From positions 1 to 31,880 of the forward strand of contig JBCCVH010000001.1 in the NCBI GenBank assembly GCA_039195685.1: DNA of 31,880 nt. The letters are read 5' to 3'. Positions within the stretch are counted from its first letter, which is position 1. Each line of letters begins with the position of its first letter. Below are positions 8,017-17,683 of the stretch, one piece after another. The translations under genes were made by a program, and so were the position numbers. This stretch comes from Bacteroidota bacterium (GTDB lineage Bacteria > Bacteroidota > Bacteroidia > Cytophagales > Amoebophilaceae). The notes below the pieces were generated by a model. The model was not told where the DNA came from, searched no databases, and saw nothing but the letters and a program-made list of their open reading frames with translations.

Positions 8017-8616
8017 CTAGCGGGAGAAGAACGCTATAATCATTTTTTCATCAATATTACCTGGGATGGACTTTCTTGCGGGGATGTCCAATACTTCTCC
8101 TTCCATTTTTTCACTATTCCAAGCCAACCAGGAAAAGGCGTTTTCATTAGCACTTAGACTATTTTTTATCACACTCAATTGCTTTGCCTTCCGTGTCAAG
8201 CTAATCACATCTCCCTTTTTTAATAGATAAGAAGGTCGATCTACTCGCACCCCATTTACACAAATATGACGATGGACCACCAATTGTCTGCCTGCTGCAT
8301 TAGTAGGCGAAATACCTAAACGATAGACTGTATTATCCAAGCGTAAATCTAGCAGTTGCATCAGAAGGTCTCCCGTAAGGCCAGGTTTAGCATGTGCTTT
8401 TTTTACGAGATTGCCTAGCTCTTTCGCTCTGATGTTATAAGTATATTGTAGTTTTTTCTTCTCGCTAAGCTGTGTACCATATGCTGTTCTGCGCTTGCGC
8501 CCTCTGCCATGTTGACCAGGAGGATAGTTTTTCTTTTTGAGCACCTTCTCACAACCTAATATAGGCGCTCCGAAAGTTCTAGATATTTTTGCTCTTGGCC
8601 CTCTATATTTTGCCAT
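8017..8616 (-). CDS. rpsD: 30S ribosomal protein uS4
   Basis: MAKYRGP, YPPGQHG, RLDNTVYRLG, RQLVVHRHI. Confidence 0.98.
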   Translation of the reverse strand: MAKYRGPRAKISRTFGAPILGCEKVLKKKNYPPGQHGRGRKRRTAYGTQLSEKKKLQYTYNIRAKELGNLVKKAHAKPGLTGDLLMQLLDLRLDNTVYRLGISPTNAAGRQLVVHRHICVNGVRVDRPSYLLKKGDVISLTRKAKQLSVIKNSLSANENAFSWLAWNSEKMEGEVLDIPARKSIPGNIDEKMIIAFFSR

Positions 8617-8642
8617 AGGATATATAATAAAGTATAATGATG

Positions 8643-9026
8643 TTATAAATGTCTTTTCTTTGGAGGCCTACATCCATTATGAGGTAAGGGGGTCTTATCT
8701 TGAATCGCAGTTACTCTCAATCCTGCCTTGCCCAGCCCCTTTATAGCAGCGTAACGTGCTGCACCAGCCCCTTTAATTTTAGCTATTATGGTTTTTACAC
8801 CTCTTTTCAAAGCGTTTTCTGCACAGGTAACCGCAGCCTGTGTAGCAGCATAGGGCGTGCTTTTCTTTTTACCACTAAATCCTTTTCTCCCAGCAGAGCA
8901 TGATGCAATCGTCTCACCTTGCATATTGGTGATCGTAATAATCGTATTCGTATAAGTTACTTGAATATTTGCATAGCACTTTGAAGTAACTTCTACCACA
9001 CTCTTTTTTTTCTTTTTATCATTCAT
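8643..9026 (-). CDS. rpsK: 30S ribosomal protein uS11
   Basis: SAGRKGFSGKKKSTPYAA, DKTPLPHNGCRPPKKR. Confidence 0.98.
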   Translation of the reverse strand: MNDKKKKKSVVEVTSKCYANIQVTYTNTIITITNMQGETIASCSAGRKGFSGKKKSTPYAATQAAVTCAENALKRGVKTIIAKIKGAGAARYAAIKGLGKAGLRVTAIQDKTPLPHNGCRPPKKRHL

Positions 9027-9053
9027 TTTATAAATAATTTTTTCGGGAGGTGA

Positions 9054-9422
9054 TTATCTTTTTTTCTTTATCGCGTTCTGCTTGGCACCTTTTTTCGTTC
9101 TGCCATTATTTTTGGTACGTTGGCCTCGTACGGGGCGGTTTTCGCGATGCCGCTTTCCTATGTAGCAGCCTATATCCATCAAGCGCTTGATCGCCAGCAT
9201 TTTTTCAGCCCTTAGTGCACCTTCTACTTTATAGTTTTCACCTATGTGAGCGAGAATTTTTTTCTTTTCCTCCGCGTTAAGCGCACCTATTTTTTTATCA
9301 AAGCTAATGTCTAGCTCTTTAAGGATAGACTGAGAGGTAGATAACCCTATCCCATAAATGCCTGTAAGGCCTATTACAGACCTTTTTTCATCAGCTATTT
9401 CTACTCCTAGTATTCTTGCCAT
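9054..9422 (-). CDS. rpsM: 30S ribosomal protein uS13
   Basis: MARILGV, GIYGIG, RLMDIGCYIGKRH, PVRGQRTKNNGRT. Confidence 0.98.
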   Translation of the reverse strand: MARILGVEIADEKRSVIGLTGIYGIGLSTSQSILKELDISFDKKIGALNAEEKKKILAHIGENYKVEGALRAEKMLAIKRLMDIGCYIGKRHRENRPVRGQRTKNNGRTKKGAKQNAIKKKR

Positions 9423-9436
9423 ATAAACGTTGTTAT

Positions 9437-9553
9437 TTATCCTTGTCTTTGTTTATATCTTGGTTTTTTCTTGTTTATCACACACAATCTCCCCTTTCTG
9501 CGCACCAGTTTACAATCCTTACTTCTTCTTTTTATGGATGCTCTTACTTTCAT
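9437..9553 (-). CDS. rpmJ: 50S ribosomal protein bL36 (non-zinc-ribbon type), 38 aa
   Basis: [38 protein letters not shown]; internal ATG of track ORF 9437-9619. Confidence 0.96.
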   Translation of the reverse strand: MKVRASIKRRSKDCKLVRRKGRLCVINKKKPRYKQRQG

Positions 9554-9797
9554 TTCTTTTAGCGTTATAGCGATAGACAATTCTACCTGTTTTTCTTTCG
9601 TTTTCTTTCCTGATATCATAAGGCGATAGCTCTACCCTGACTCTATCCCCTTTATGTACTCTTACAAACCTTCTGATCATATTGCCTGTCACATAGGCTA
9701 ATATTTTCTCATCATTAATCTCTAGCTTCACGATATGCTTACTATGCGATAAAGTCTCTACCACTTCCCCATACATTTCTATTAATTGCTTACTCAT
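9519..9797 (-). CDS. infA: Translation initiation factor IF-1 (insertion plus C-terminal extension)
   Basis: [34 protein letters not shown]. Confidence 0.95.
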   Translation of the reverse strand: MSKQLIEMYGEVVETLSHSKHIVKLEINDEKILAYVTGNMIRRFVRVHKGDRVRVELSPYDIRKENERKTGRIVYRYNAKRNESKSIHKKKK

Positions 9798-10566
9798 GAT
9801 CAATCTGCTCTTCTATGTGTTTAAAAGTAGTCAACATTTCTGTTTTTCCATCTATAATGCCAACCATTAGCTCAAAGTGTGCTGAGGGACTACCATCTTT
9901 ACTCTCTACACACCACGCACTCTTTTGTGCTGTGGCACCTTTGCCCAAGTTAGCAATCGGCTCTATCGCAAATATCATACCCTCTTTTATTTTAGGGCCA
10001 CGCCCTTTTACCCCATAATTGGGGATATTAGGATCTTCATGTAAACTGCGCCCAATACCATGGCCTGAAAAGGTTTTAACCACCCCATATCCATGCTTAT
10101 TTATCTCCTGCATGATCGCATAGCTTATGTCGCCTACGTGATTGCCAAGGGTAGCAGCTGCTATTCCTTTATATAGTGCACTCTTTACAGCGGCCAGCAA
10201 ATTTACTAATTCTTTTCCAACATTCCCTATTGCATAGGTAAAAGCTGAGTCCGAATAAAAGCCTTTATGGTATACACCACAGTCAATGGCAACAATATCT
10301 CCCTCTTTTAATACTTTATCGTTAGGAGTGCAATGTACCACCTGATGATTGACAGACGCACAAATAGTAGCAGGAAACCCACGGTAGCCTTTAAAAGCAG
10401 GCTCGGCACCCGCTAATCGAATATATGTCTCTGCTATTTGATCCAATTTTTTGGTCGTTACGCCAGCTTGAATAGCTTTGGCTATTTCGCCATGTGCTTT
10501 GCTAAGAATATCCGCCCCCTCTCTAATACAAGCGATATCCTTTTTATCGGTTTTTAACTTTATCAT
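9790..10566 (-). CDS. map: Methionine aminopeptidase type I
   Basis: PAFKGYRGFPATICASVN, IDCG, DSA, GHGIGRSLHEDP, AIEP, SAHFE. Confidence 0.97.
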   Translation of the reverse strand: MIKLKTDKKDIACIREGADILSKAHGEIAKAIQAGVTTKKLDQIAETYIRLAGAEPAFKGYRGFPATICASVNHQVVHCTPNDKVLKEGDIVAIDCGVYHKGFYSDSAFTYAIGNVGKELVNLLAAVKSALYKGIAAATLGNHVGDISYAIMQEINKHGYGVVKTFSGHGIGRSLHEDPNIPNYGVKGRGPKIKEGMIFAIEPIANLGKGATAQKSAWCVESKDGSPSAHFELMVGIIDGKTEMLTTFKHIEEQIDHE

Positions 10567-11882
10567 TAATAAGGTATTGCTGTATTGTTTTTTAGCCCGA
10601 CCATCATTTTGTCATAATACAACATAGATAGATTACTTTCTACATGCTGTACCATCTCTAACACCACACTCACGATGATCAGTAATGAGGACCCTCCATA
10701 AAATACACTAAACTCCTCTGATACCCCTGCCCAGTATGCTACTGAAGGCAGCATCGCAACAAGCGCTAAAAAGAGGGCTGCTGGCGCTACGACAAGGCTG
10801 ATCGTCCTATCCAAAAAGAGTGTGGTAGCGCGGCCTGGCTTTACCCCAGAAATAAAACCACCACTACGTTTAAGATCGTTGGCTATTTTCGCAGGATTGG
10901 TAAAGATAGCCGCATATATAAATGTACTCAAAAAGATCAAAACAGCCTGTAGCGCATTACATTGCCATTTATGAAGCTGTAGCGCCTCCTCTATCGATTT
11001 GGCAAAATCTACTTTGTCTTTCAAAAAACTAGCTAGCCACCTCAGTATCCCCACAAACATACTAGCAAAAATAATAGGCATCACCCCTGTAATATTCATT
11101 TTAATAGGCAAATGGTGTTGTTTCCCACTATATTTATTGGAATCCATCGTCATTTGTCTCGCATATTGCAATGTGACTTTGCGTACACCTTGGATGAAAA
11201 CAATAACGGCAATCACGATAAACAAAAAGACCATACCTTCCACAAATAAGAAAAGAGCTGTTTTCCCCTTACTATACCATTCTTTTTTTAACGCTGCGGG
11301 CAGCTTAGAGAGGATACCCGTCATAATAAGTATAGATGTACCATTGCCAATACCCTTTTCACTAATACAATCTGCCAGCCATATACAAAACATCACACTG
11401 GCAATCATCAGCACAAGCGAAGTAGCTCTAAACCATGTTTTTCCCCAAGTATTGATCCCCAATATAAATTCGTTATTGGTGTTTGCCAATGTAGGGATCC
11501 CTTGTAAAATAGCCATTATGATAGCCAGCTGGCGGGTATACTGGTTAATTTTATTGCGACCTGCGGTGCCCTCCTGTTGTAAGCGTTGAAAGTAAGGGAT
11601 TGAAAAAGTGAAGAGCTGCATCACAATAGAAGCTGAGATATAAGGGGATATACCTAAAGAGAAAAGAGAGTGACTACTTAAAGAAGTTCCAAAGACCTTA
11701 TCCCAATAGTTTTCTTCAGCTTGCCTTTTAAAGCTCTCCACTACCTTTGCACTATTCAGCCAAGGGAGTAATACATAAGTACCTAGTCGATATATAAAGG
11801 CGAAAAATAAGGTATATGCGAGCCGTTTACGCAGCGTTTTAATAGAATAGATATCTTTTATTGTCGAAAAAAGGTTTTTCAT
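10566..11882 (-). CDS. secY: Preprotein translocase SecY
   Basis: [51 protein letters not shown]. Confidence 0.98.
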   Translation of the reverse strand: MKNLFSTIKDIYSIKTLRKRLAYTLFFAFIYRLGTYVLLPWLNSAKVVESFKRQAEENYWDKVFGTSLSSHSLFSLGISPYISASIVMQLFTFSIPYFQRLQQEGTAGRNKINQYTRQLAIIMAILQGIPTLANTNNEFILGINTWGKTWFRATSLVLMIASVMFCIWLADCISEKGIGNGTSILIMTGILSKLPAALKKEWYSKGKTALFLFVEGMVFLFIVIAVIVFIQGVRKVTLQYARQMTMDSNKYSGKQHHLPIKMNITGVMPIIFASMFVGILRWLASFLKDKVDFAKSIEEALQLHKWQCNALQAVLIFLSTFIYAAIFTNPAKIANDLKRSGGFISGVKPGRATTLFLDRTISLVVAPAALFLALVAMLPSVAYWAGVSEEFSVFYGGSSLLIIVSVVLEMVQHVESNLSMLYYDKMMVGLKNNTAIPY

Positions 11883-12337
11883 TTTTCATTAATAATCGTA
11901 ACCGTACCCCCCTGTTTTTTTATCGCCTCTTGTGCAGCAAGAGAAAAAAAAGCGGCAGATACATTTAATTTTTTTGCAAAATCGCCTTTCCCATTTAAAA
12001 TTTTATAAGGCTTACCCCTTTCGACCAGTCGATGTGCTCGGATAAGGGCATCAGTGATCTCTATGGTTTTCGCTTTTTCTGCTAAAAGAGCCAGCTGTGT
12101 CAAAAGAATAGGCTGCTTGCGTATTTTATTTGGGCGGTTAAAGCCTACTTTTGGCACCCTCCTTTGCAAAGGCATTTGTCCCCCTTCGCTGTGTGGGCGC
12201 GTCTTGTAGCCAGCGCGGGATTGTGCACCTTTGTGCCCTTTAGTTGCTGTACCCCCCTTGCCTGAGCCTTGCCCACGCCCTTTGCGTTTACTTGTTTTTC
12301 TTGACCCTATCGCTAGGGATAATGTATGTAGCTCCAT
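11879..12337 (-). CDS. rplO: 50S ribosomal protein uL15
   Basis: [42 protein letters not shown]. Confidence 0.98.
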   Translation of the reverse strand: MELHTLSLAIGSRKTSKRKGRGQGSGKGGTATKGHKGAQSRAGYKTRPHSEGGQMPLQRRVPKVGFNRPNKIRKQPILLTQLALLAEKAKTIEITDALIRAHRLVERGKPYKILNGKGDFAKKLNVSAAFFSLAAQEAIKKQGGTVTIINEK

Positions 12338-12340
12338 AAC

Positions 12341-12514
12341 CTATGTGATAGCGACTAAGTGTTTAATTTTTTTGATCATACCCTCAATAGCTGCTGTCGG
12401 TGTGTGGCTTACAGCGTGATTGATTTTGCGTAGTCCTAATGTGCGCATGGTGGCTTTTTGCTTTTTGGTTTGCCCGATAGTACTTTTGACTTGTGTGATC
12501 GTTATTTTTTTCAT
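12341..12514 (-). CDS. rpmD: 50S ribosomal protein uL30 (57 aa, not in the ORF track)
   Basis: Manual translation MKKITITQVKSTIGQTKKQKATMRTLGLRKINHAVSHTPTAAIEGMIKKIKHLVAIT*. Confidence 0.96.
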   Translation of the reverse strand: MKKITITQVKSTIGQTKKQKATMRTLGLRKINHAVSHTPTAAIEGMIKKIKHLVAIT

Positions 12515-12516
12515 AA

Positions 12517-13029
12517 TTATCCATTAAATACTTTTTCTAGTGGGATGCCCCGTTGTTTTGCTATAGCATAAGGTGTACGAAGCGCCTTTAGAGCTTCGAT
12601 GGTAGCAATCACAATATTATGCTTGTTACTTCCATACGCTTTGGCAGATACATCGGTTACGCCAGCTAACTCTAGTACGGTACGCATAGCACCACCTGCG
12701 ATGATGCCTGTGCCTTTTCGGGCAGGTTTGATAAATATTTCATTAGCATTGTACTTAAAACGCATCGCATGAGGCAGTTGTCCATTCAGTAATGATATTC
12801 TTACGACATTTTTACGCGCATCATTGGTAGCTTTTTCGATGGCAGTTTTAACGTCTACAGCTTTTCCAAAACCGAAGCCCACCACATTTATCCCATCACC
12901 TACTACTACAAGCGCATTAAAGGAAAGTACACGCCCCCCTTTGATTACTTTTGAGACACGCTTATTCTCAATTATCCTCTTTTTGAGATCTAGCTCGTTT
13001 ATTTTTATAAGTTTTTCTTGTATTCCCAT
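12517..13029 (-). CDS. rpsE: 30S ribosomal protein uS5
   Basis: [31 protein letters not shown]. Confidence 0.98.
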   Translation of the reverse strand: MGIQEKLIKINELDLKKRIIENKRVSKVIKGGRVLSFNALVVVGDGINVVGFGFGKAVDVKTAIEKATNDARKNVVRISLLNGQLPHAMRFKYNANEIFIKPARKGTGIIAGGAMRTVLELAGVTDVSAKAYGSNKHNIVIATIEALKALRTPYAIAKQRGIPLEKVFNG

Positions 13030-13034
13030 ACACC

Positions 13035-13382
13035 TTATGCTTTATTGATTTTTGCACTCACTGTGTCAAAAAATGTTTTTACTACCCCATGATAAAGATA
13101 GCCAGAGCGATCGTAGACCATATCTGTCACCTTTTTTGCTTTGATTTGCACGGCTAGTGCTTCACCTATTTTGGCTGCAGCTGCTTTGTCTTTCTTTTTT
13201 AATTCTCTTGAGTCAACCGCAGCAATTGTATGCCCTTTAGTATCATCGATAAGCTGGGCATATAGCGCTGTATTACTTTTAAAAAAACAAAGTCTTGGCT
13301 TTGTAGGCGTGCCCTTTATCTTTTTTCTGATACGGTAACGTATTTTTTGCCTTCTTGCTTGTTTGAGATTTTTTATCACCAT
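13035..13382 (-). CDS. rplR: 50S ribosomal protein uL18
   Basis: RIRKKIKGT..KPRL..FKSN..LYAQLIDD; YDRSGYLYHG. Confidence 0.97.
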   Translation of the reverse strand: MVIKNLKQARRQKIRYRIRKKIKGTPTKPRLCFFKSNTALYAQLIDDTKGHTIAAVDSRELKKKDKAAAAKIGEALAVQIKAKKVTDMVYDRSGYLYHGVVKTFFDTVSAKINKA

Positions 13383-13393
13383 TGTGCTAATGC

Positions 13394-13969
13394 TTATTTT
13401 CCATCTTTTTTCATCTTACCCACCAATATCTCACCAATACAGCGAATGCCTTTTTGTGTATTGTTACGCTTGGTAATATAAGGCTCTGGGGGTTTTTGTT
13501 CACGTATTTTTGCGGCCACTAACCCTACCAACTCTTTGTCCATACCCATTACAGTCAGTATAATGGTGGGCATTTTTCCTTTTTGTATCACTACGGTAAG
13601 GCTTATTTCTGGTGGTAATTTTATATAAATAACATGGGATTTCCCAAGATTAAGCTCTAATATATCACCTTCTACATTGGCTTTATAGCCTGTACCTACT
13701 ATTTGCAATTGCTTTTGGTACCCTTCTGTAACACCCACAATCATATTATACAATAGGGCACGTGACAGACCATGTAAAGATTTATCACTCTTTTGCGCAG
13801 AACTATTGTTAATCGTCAAAGTATTGCCTTCTATCTGCAGCACAATATTGGGGGAAATAGTACGTGTAAGGTCTCCTTTAGGACCTTTCACACTTATTGT
13901 ATTCCCCTCGCCAACCTTCAGGGTAGCATTGTCTGGAATGATGATCGGTTTGTTTCCTATTCTTGACAT
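13394..13969 (-). CDS. rplF: 50S ribosomal protein uL6
   Basis: MSRIGNKPI, VKGPKGDL, HGLSRALL.NMI.GV..G, GTGYKA. Confidence 0.97.
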   Translation of the reverse strand: MSRIGNKPIIIPDNATLKVGEGNTISVKGPKGDLTRTISPNIVLQIEGNTLTINNSSAQKSDKSLHGLSRALLYNMIVGVTEGYQKQLQIVGTGYKANVEGDILELNLGKSHVIYIKLPPEISLTVVIQKGKMPTIILTVMGMDKELVGLVAAKIREQKPPEPYITKRNNTQKGIRCIGEILVGKMKKDGK

Positions 13970-13975
13970 AACTTT

Positions 13976-14377
13976 TTAATAAATATGGCATATTTCTTCT
14001 CCGCCAATACCTTTTCTTCTAGCCTCTTTGTCTGTCATGATGCCTTGCGATGTGGATATAATGCTAATCCCCAATCCATTGAGCACAGGTAATAGTTCGT
14101 TTTTACGGAGGTATATTCTTCTGCCTGGTTTACTTCTTCTTATTAATTTTACGATTGCAGGAATTTTTGTGCGGGGGTGGTACTTCAGCTCTATAGTGAT
14201 CGTGCCCTGATAGTTTTTTTTATCATCAAAACTATAGCCCTTAATATAGCCTTGGTCATGCATGATTTCCGTGAGGCTTTTTTTTATGGAAGAGCTTTTT
14301 ATTTCCACATTAATATGCCTAGCCTTCATGGCATTACGGATACATGTAAGATAATCTGCAATGGGATCTGTAATCAT
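13976..14377 (-). CDS. rpsH: 30S ribosomal protein uS8
   Basis: TDPIADYLT.IRNA, SKPGRRIY, NGLGISIISTSQGIMTD. Confidence 0.98.
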   Translation of the reverse strand: MITDPIADYLTCIRNAMKARHINVEIKSSSIKKSLTEIMHDQGYIKGYSFDDKKNYQGTITIELKYHPRTKIPAIVKLIRRSKPGRRIYLRKNELLPVLNGLGISIISTSQGIMTDKEARRKGIGGEEICHIY

Positions 14378-14409
14378 AATGTTGTTTTATTGTTGATTTG
14401 CTCAATTTA

Positions 14410-14679
14410 TTACCAGCTTGCTTTGCGTACACCAGGTATATGACCTTTACTGGCTAGTTCTCTAAACTTGATTCTTGAAACACCAAATTTCCTAATATAG
14501 CCCCGCCCTCTGCCTGTGATGAAGCACCTATTGTGCAACCTTACAGGAGAAGCATCCCGAGGCAATTTATCTAGGCCAGCATAGTCCTTTTTGGCTTTTA
14601 GTTCTTTTCTTTTGGCAGCATATTTCAATACCTTATGCTCTCGTTTCTTTTGTCTTACTACTACTGATACTTTAGCCAT
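14410..14679 (-). CDS. rpsN: 30S ribosomal protein uS14 (89-aa non-zinc type)
   Basis: [30 protein letters not shown]; start at MAKV. Confidence 0.97.
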   Translation of the reverse strand: MAKVSVVVRQKKREHKVLKYAAKRKELKAKKDYAGLDKLPRDASPVRLHNRCFITGRGRGYIRKFGVSRIKFRELASKGHIPGVRKASW

Positions 14680-14680
14680 T

Positions 14681-15241
14681 TTATTTTGCGTTGTGTATAT
14701 CTTTAAAAGGCATCCCAAATGCTCTTAGGAGCTTATAACTCTCTTTCCGATTTTTCGCGGAAGTTACAAAAGTAATGTCCATGCCTCTAATCTTACTTAC
14801 TTTGTCGATGCTGATTTCAGGGAAAATAATTTGTTCCTTGACAGCACATGTATAGTTACCTTGCTGGTCAAAGGACTTTTCATTCAATCCAGTAAAGTCT
14901 CTAGTACGTGGCAGAGCAAAGGAAACAAACCGATCAAGAAACTCATACATATAAGCCCCACGTAAGGTAACACGTGCGCCTACGTTCATGCCAGCCCGTA
15001 GCTTAAAGTTAGAAATGGATTTTTTAGCAACGGTGGGGACAGCCTTTTGCCCTGTGATCAGGGTAAGCTCTTCAATGGCAGTGCTAAGTACTTTGGCATT
15101 ATCTTTGGCATCTTTTAGTCCTTGGTTGATATGGATAGCGCACAATTTTGGGACTTGCATAGGGGTAGTGTACTGCATTTCTTTTTGCAGCTGAGGGATA
15201 ATCTCCTTATAATATTTTTCTTTTAATCTTGGGATAACCAT
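14681..15241 (-). CDS. rplE: 50S ribosomal protein uL5
   Basis: [35 protein letters not shown]. Confidence 0.98.
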   Translation of the reverse strand: MVIPRLKEKYYKEIIPQLQKEMQYTTPMQVPKLCAIHINQGLKDAKDNAKVLSTAIEELTLITGQKAVPTVAKKSISNFKLRAGMNVGARVTLRGAYMYEFLDRFVSFALPRTRDFTGLNEKSFDQQGNYTCAVKEQIIFPEISIDKVSKIRGMDITFVTSAKNRKESYKLLRAFGMPFKDIHNAK

Positions 15242-15242
15242 C

Positions 15243-15578
15243 TTAGATAAAATGTTTTGTTTTTTTGCTATAGCGTTGCAGTTTGCCTGTTTTATTCATC
15301 CTTCTACCAATGCGTGTGGCTTTTTGGGTCTCTGGCTCGACAACCATCAAATTGCTAATATGGACAGAGAGTTCTTTACGTATGATGCGGCCTGGCCCTT
15401 TTTGGGTGCGCTTAAGATGGCAAGTGACGATGCGCATACCTTTCACAAGGACACGCCTTTCTTTAGGGAGCACCTTATACACTTCTCCTGTTCTCCCTCT
15501 ATCATTACCTGCGATGGCCAACACAATGTCTCCCTTTTTGATATGAGTTTTGGTTTGTTGTTTATTGGTTCTTTTCAT
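15243..15578 (-). CDS. rplX: 50S ribosomal protein uL24
   Basis: [22 protein letters not shown]. Confidence 0.97.
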   Translation of the reverse strand: MKRTNKQQTKTHIKKGDIVLAIAGNDRGRTGEVYKVLPKERRVLVKGMRIVTCHLKRTQKGPGRIIRKELSVHISNLMVVEPETQKATRIGRRMNKTGKLQRYSKKTKHFI

Positions 15579-15581
15579 GGC

Positions 15582-15947
15582 TTAGTAGATTTCATTGGCA
15601 AGGGAAGCTACTTTATTAAAGTTTTTACGCACTTCTCTGGCAATGGGGCTCGGAATACGTGTAGCCCTTGGTTCGTTGTTTTTGGTAACAATAGCTGCCG
15701 CATTATCACTAAATCGGATAAAACTGCCATCAGGCCGCCTTTTTTCCTTTTTCGTTCTGACGATTATGGCATTGACCACTTCTTTTTTTTTAACATTACC
15801 TTTGGGCATGGCTTTTTTTACAGTAGCTACAATTTTATCACCAACGCTGGCATATTTCTTCCCAGTACCTCCTAAGATACGTATGCATTTTATTTTTTTA
15901 GCGCCCGAGTTATCGGCAACATTAAGCATGCTCTCTTGTCTAATCAT
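15582..15947 (-). CDS. rplN: 50S ribosomal protein uL14
   Basis: [31 protein letters not shown]; start overlaps the rpsQ stop (TAATG). Confidence 0.97.
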   Translation of the reverse strand: MIRQESMLNVADNSGAKKIKCIRILGGTGKKYASVGDKIVATVKKAMPKGNVKKKEVVNAIIVRTKKEKRRPDGSFIRFSDNAAAIVTKNNEPRATRIPSPIAREVRKNFNKVASLANEIY

Positions 15948-16213
15948 TACAATTGGGTTTTCTTTACAATTTCTACAAGTCGCCACTTTTTTCTTTTGCT
16001 GAGTGGCCTTGTTTGCATCAGGCGCACTTGGTCCCCTTTGCGGCTTTCGTTTTTCTCATCATGCGCCATTACTTTGGTGGTTTTGGTAATATACTTGCCA
16101 TAAAGGGGGTGTTTTACTCTCCTTTGGATATGTACGGTAATACTTTTGTCTGGCTTATGGCTGAATACTTTGCCAATAAATTCTTTTCTAATGTTTCTTG
16201 ACTTTCCTTCCAT
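15947..16213 (-). CDS. rpsQ: 30S ribosomal protein uS17
   Basis: [34 protein letters not shown]. Confidence 0.98.
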   Translation of the reverse strand: MEGKSRNIRKEFIGKVFSHKPDKSITVHIQRRVKHPLYGKYITKTTKVMAHDEKNESRKGDQVRLMQTRPLSKRKKWRLVEIVKKTQL

Positions 16214-16216
16214 GTG

Positions 16217-16420
16217 CTAGGCTTTTGTGTTGTTGCGATGTTCGTTCATTATTGTTTTCATCTGGGCGATATATCGTCTTGTTTTCCGTATACGCATAGG
16301 ATTCTTCAACGGATCAATGGCATGAGCCGTACGTAGGCTATGTAGCTTTTGTTGCTCTTCTGCGATACGCTTTTTAAGCCCTTCTATGGGGCTTTCTCTT
16401 AGTTCCTTGATGGTATCCAT
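16217..16420 (-). CDS. rpmC: 50S ribosomal protein uL29
   Basis: LKNPMRIRKTRRYIAQMKT; operon position. Confidence 0.95.
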   Translation of the reverse strand: MDTIKELRESPIEGLKKRIAEEQQKLHSLRTAHAIDPLKNPMRIRKTRRYIAQMKTIMNEHRNNTKA

Positions 16421-16422
16421 AC

Positions 16423-16851
16423 TTATGATGGGTTGATATAGTCTTCTCTAATAACCATTTTTGTTTTTATCCCTATTTTACTATCCGCAAGGCGAAAAGC
16501 TTCTTGTGCCAATTTTTTGCTTACGCCTTCTATTTCGTAAATAATTCTTCCCGGCTCTATGACACACACAAAGGAGTCTGGACTACCTTTACCACTTCCC
16601 ATACGCACTTCAGCTGGTTTTTTCGTGAGCCCTTTTTCAGGAAATACACGTAAATAAATAATACCTTCCCGTTTTGTTTTACGGGAGATGGCAATACGAA
16701 TGGCCTCTAGCTGACGTGACGTAAGCCAGCACGGCTCTAGTGCTTTAAGGCCAAATGTACCGACATCAAGGGTATAGCCTCGTTGGGCTATTTTGCGGAT
16801 GCGCCCTTTTTGCACTTTCCTATATTTTACTCTTTTGGGTTGTAGTAACAT
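16423..16851 (-). CDS. rplP: 50S ribosomal protein uL16
   Basis: LQPKRVKYRK.QKGR, TKKPAEVRMGSGKG. Confidence 0.98.
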   Translation of the reverse strand: MLLQPKRVKYRKVQKGRIRKIAQRGYTLDVGTFGLKALEPCWLTSRQLEAIRIAISRKTKREGIIYLRVFPEKGLTKKPAEVRMGSGKGSPDSFVCVIEPGRIIYEIEGVSKKLAQEAFRLADSKIGIKTKMVIREDYINPS

Positions 16852-16901
16852 CTAATTTTTTATTATGGTCTAATTAACCTTAGCCCCATTAAATCAGGTG
16901 G

Positions 16902-16909
16902 CAAAGATA
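16902..16909 (-). promoter_or_regulatory. Candidate internal promoter upstream of rplP (TATCTTTG)
   Basis: Exact TAnnTTTG followed by CCAC in an 87-bp rpsC-rplP spacer, much longer than neighbouring spacers. Confidence 0.5.
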
Positions 16910-16938
16910 TAATTTATTTTGCACTATTTGAAGAAGGT

Positions 16939-17619
16939 TTACCGATTTCTTTTGTTGGAGTTTAGTGTTTCAATGTTGAGGGTGAGATCCCTCTTGCCAT
17001 ATACTTCATGCTTAAATATCCATACTTGTACCCCTATTTTCCCATAGGTGGTCACAGCTTCGTCTATGGCATAGTCAATATCCGCACGCAGTGTTTGGCA
17101 TGGTATCCTGCCTCTTTTTTGAGGGAATGGCCGTGCTATTTCAGCTCCTCCAAGACGGCCACTTACTCTTATTTTGATGCCTCCTGCACCCGCACGCATG
17201 GTATCGTCTAGAGCTCTCCGAACAGCATGTTTATAGCTTTTTCTAGCTTCTATCTGCTCTGCGATGCTTTGGGCTACAAGCGTAGCATTGAGGGCATCCA
17301 CTTTGGTCTCCATGATATTCACAGTCACTTTCTTTTGTACGCACTTTTCTAGCATACTTTTGATTTCTTGCACCTTTTTACCACTGGGGCCTATCAATAG
17401 CCCAGGTTTATTACTGTGGATGGTGACGGTAATGGTATCGGATACCCTTTCAATAAAGATTTGCGAAATAAGCCTTTTTAGTTTTTTTATAAGACTTTCA
17501 CGCACTTGATAGTCTTCTTGCATACGCTTTTTACAATCTTCTTTCTTGGCATACCAGTTGGTTTGCCAACCTTTTGTATAGCCTAGTCTATTGGCTATAG
17601 GATTTGCTGTTTGACCCAT
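16939..17619 (-). CDS. rpsC: 30S ribosomal protein uS3
   Basis: MGQTANP...RLG, KPGLLIG, GRLGGAEIAR, RADIDYA. Confidence 0.98.
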   Translation of the reverse strand: MGQTANPIANRLGYTKGWQTNWYAKKEDCKKRMQEDYQVRESLIKKLKRLISQIFIERVSDTITVTIHSNKPGLLIGPSGKKVQEIKSMLEKCVQKKVTVNIMETKVDALNATLVAQSIAEQIEARKSYKHAVRRALDDTMRAGAGGIKIRVSGRLGGAEIARPFPQKRGRIPCQTLRADIDYAIDEAVTTYGKIGVQVWIFKHEVYGKRDLTLNIETLNSNKRNR

Positions 17620-17683
17620 ACGTTATTTTTGTAGTTTTTTTGTGTTTATATGCGCTTCTTCTAGCCTGGCTAGCTTCGTAGTT

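Noticed and set aside
10566-11882. No adk after secY, and no ssb/priB between rpsF and rpsR
   Set aside because: Normal Bacteroidota gene order
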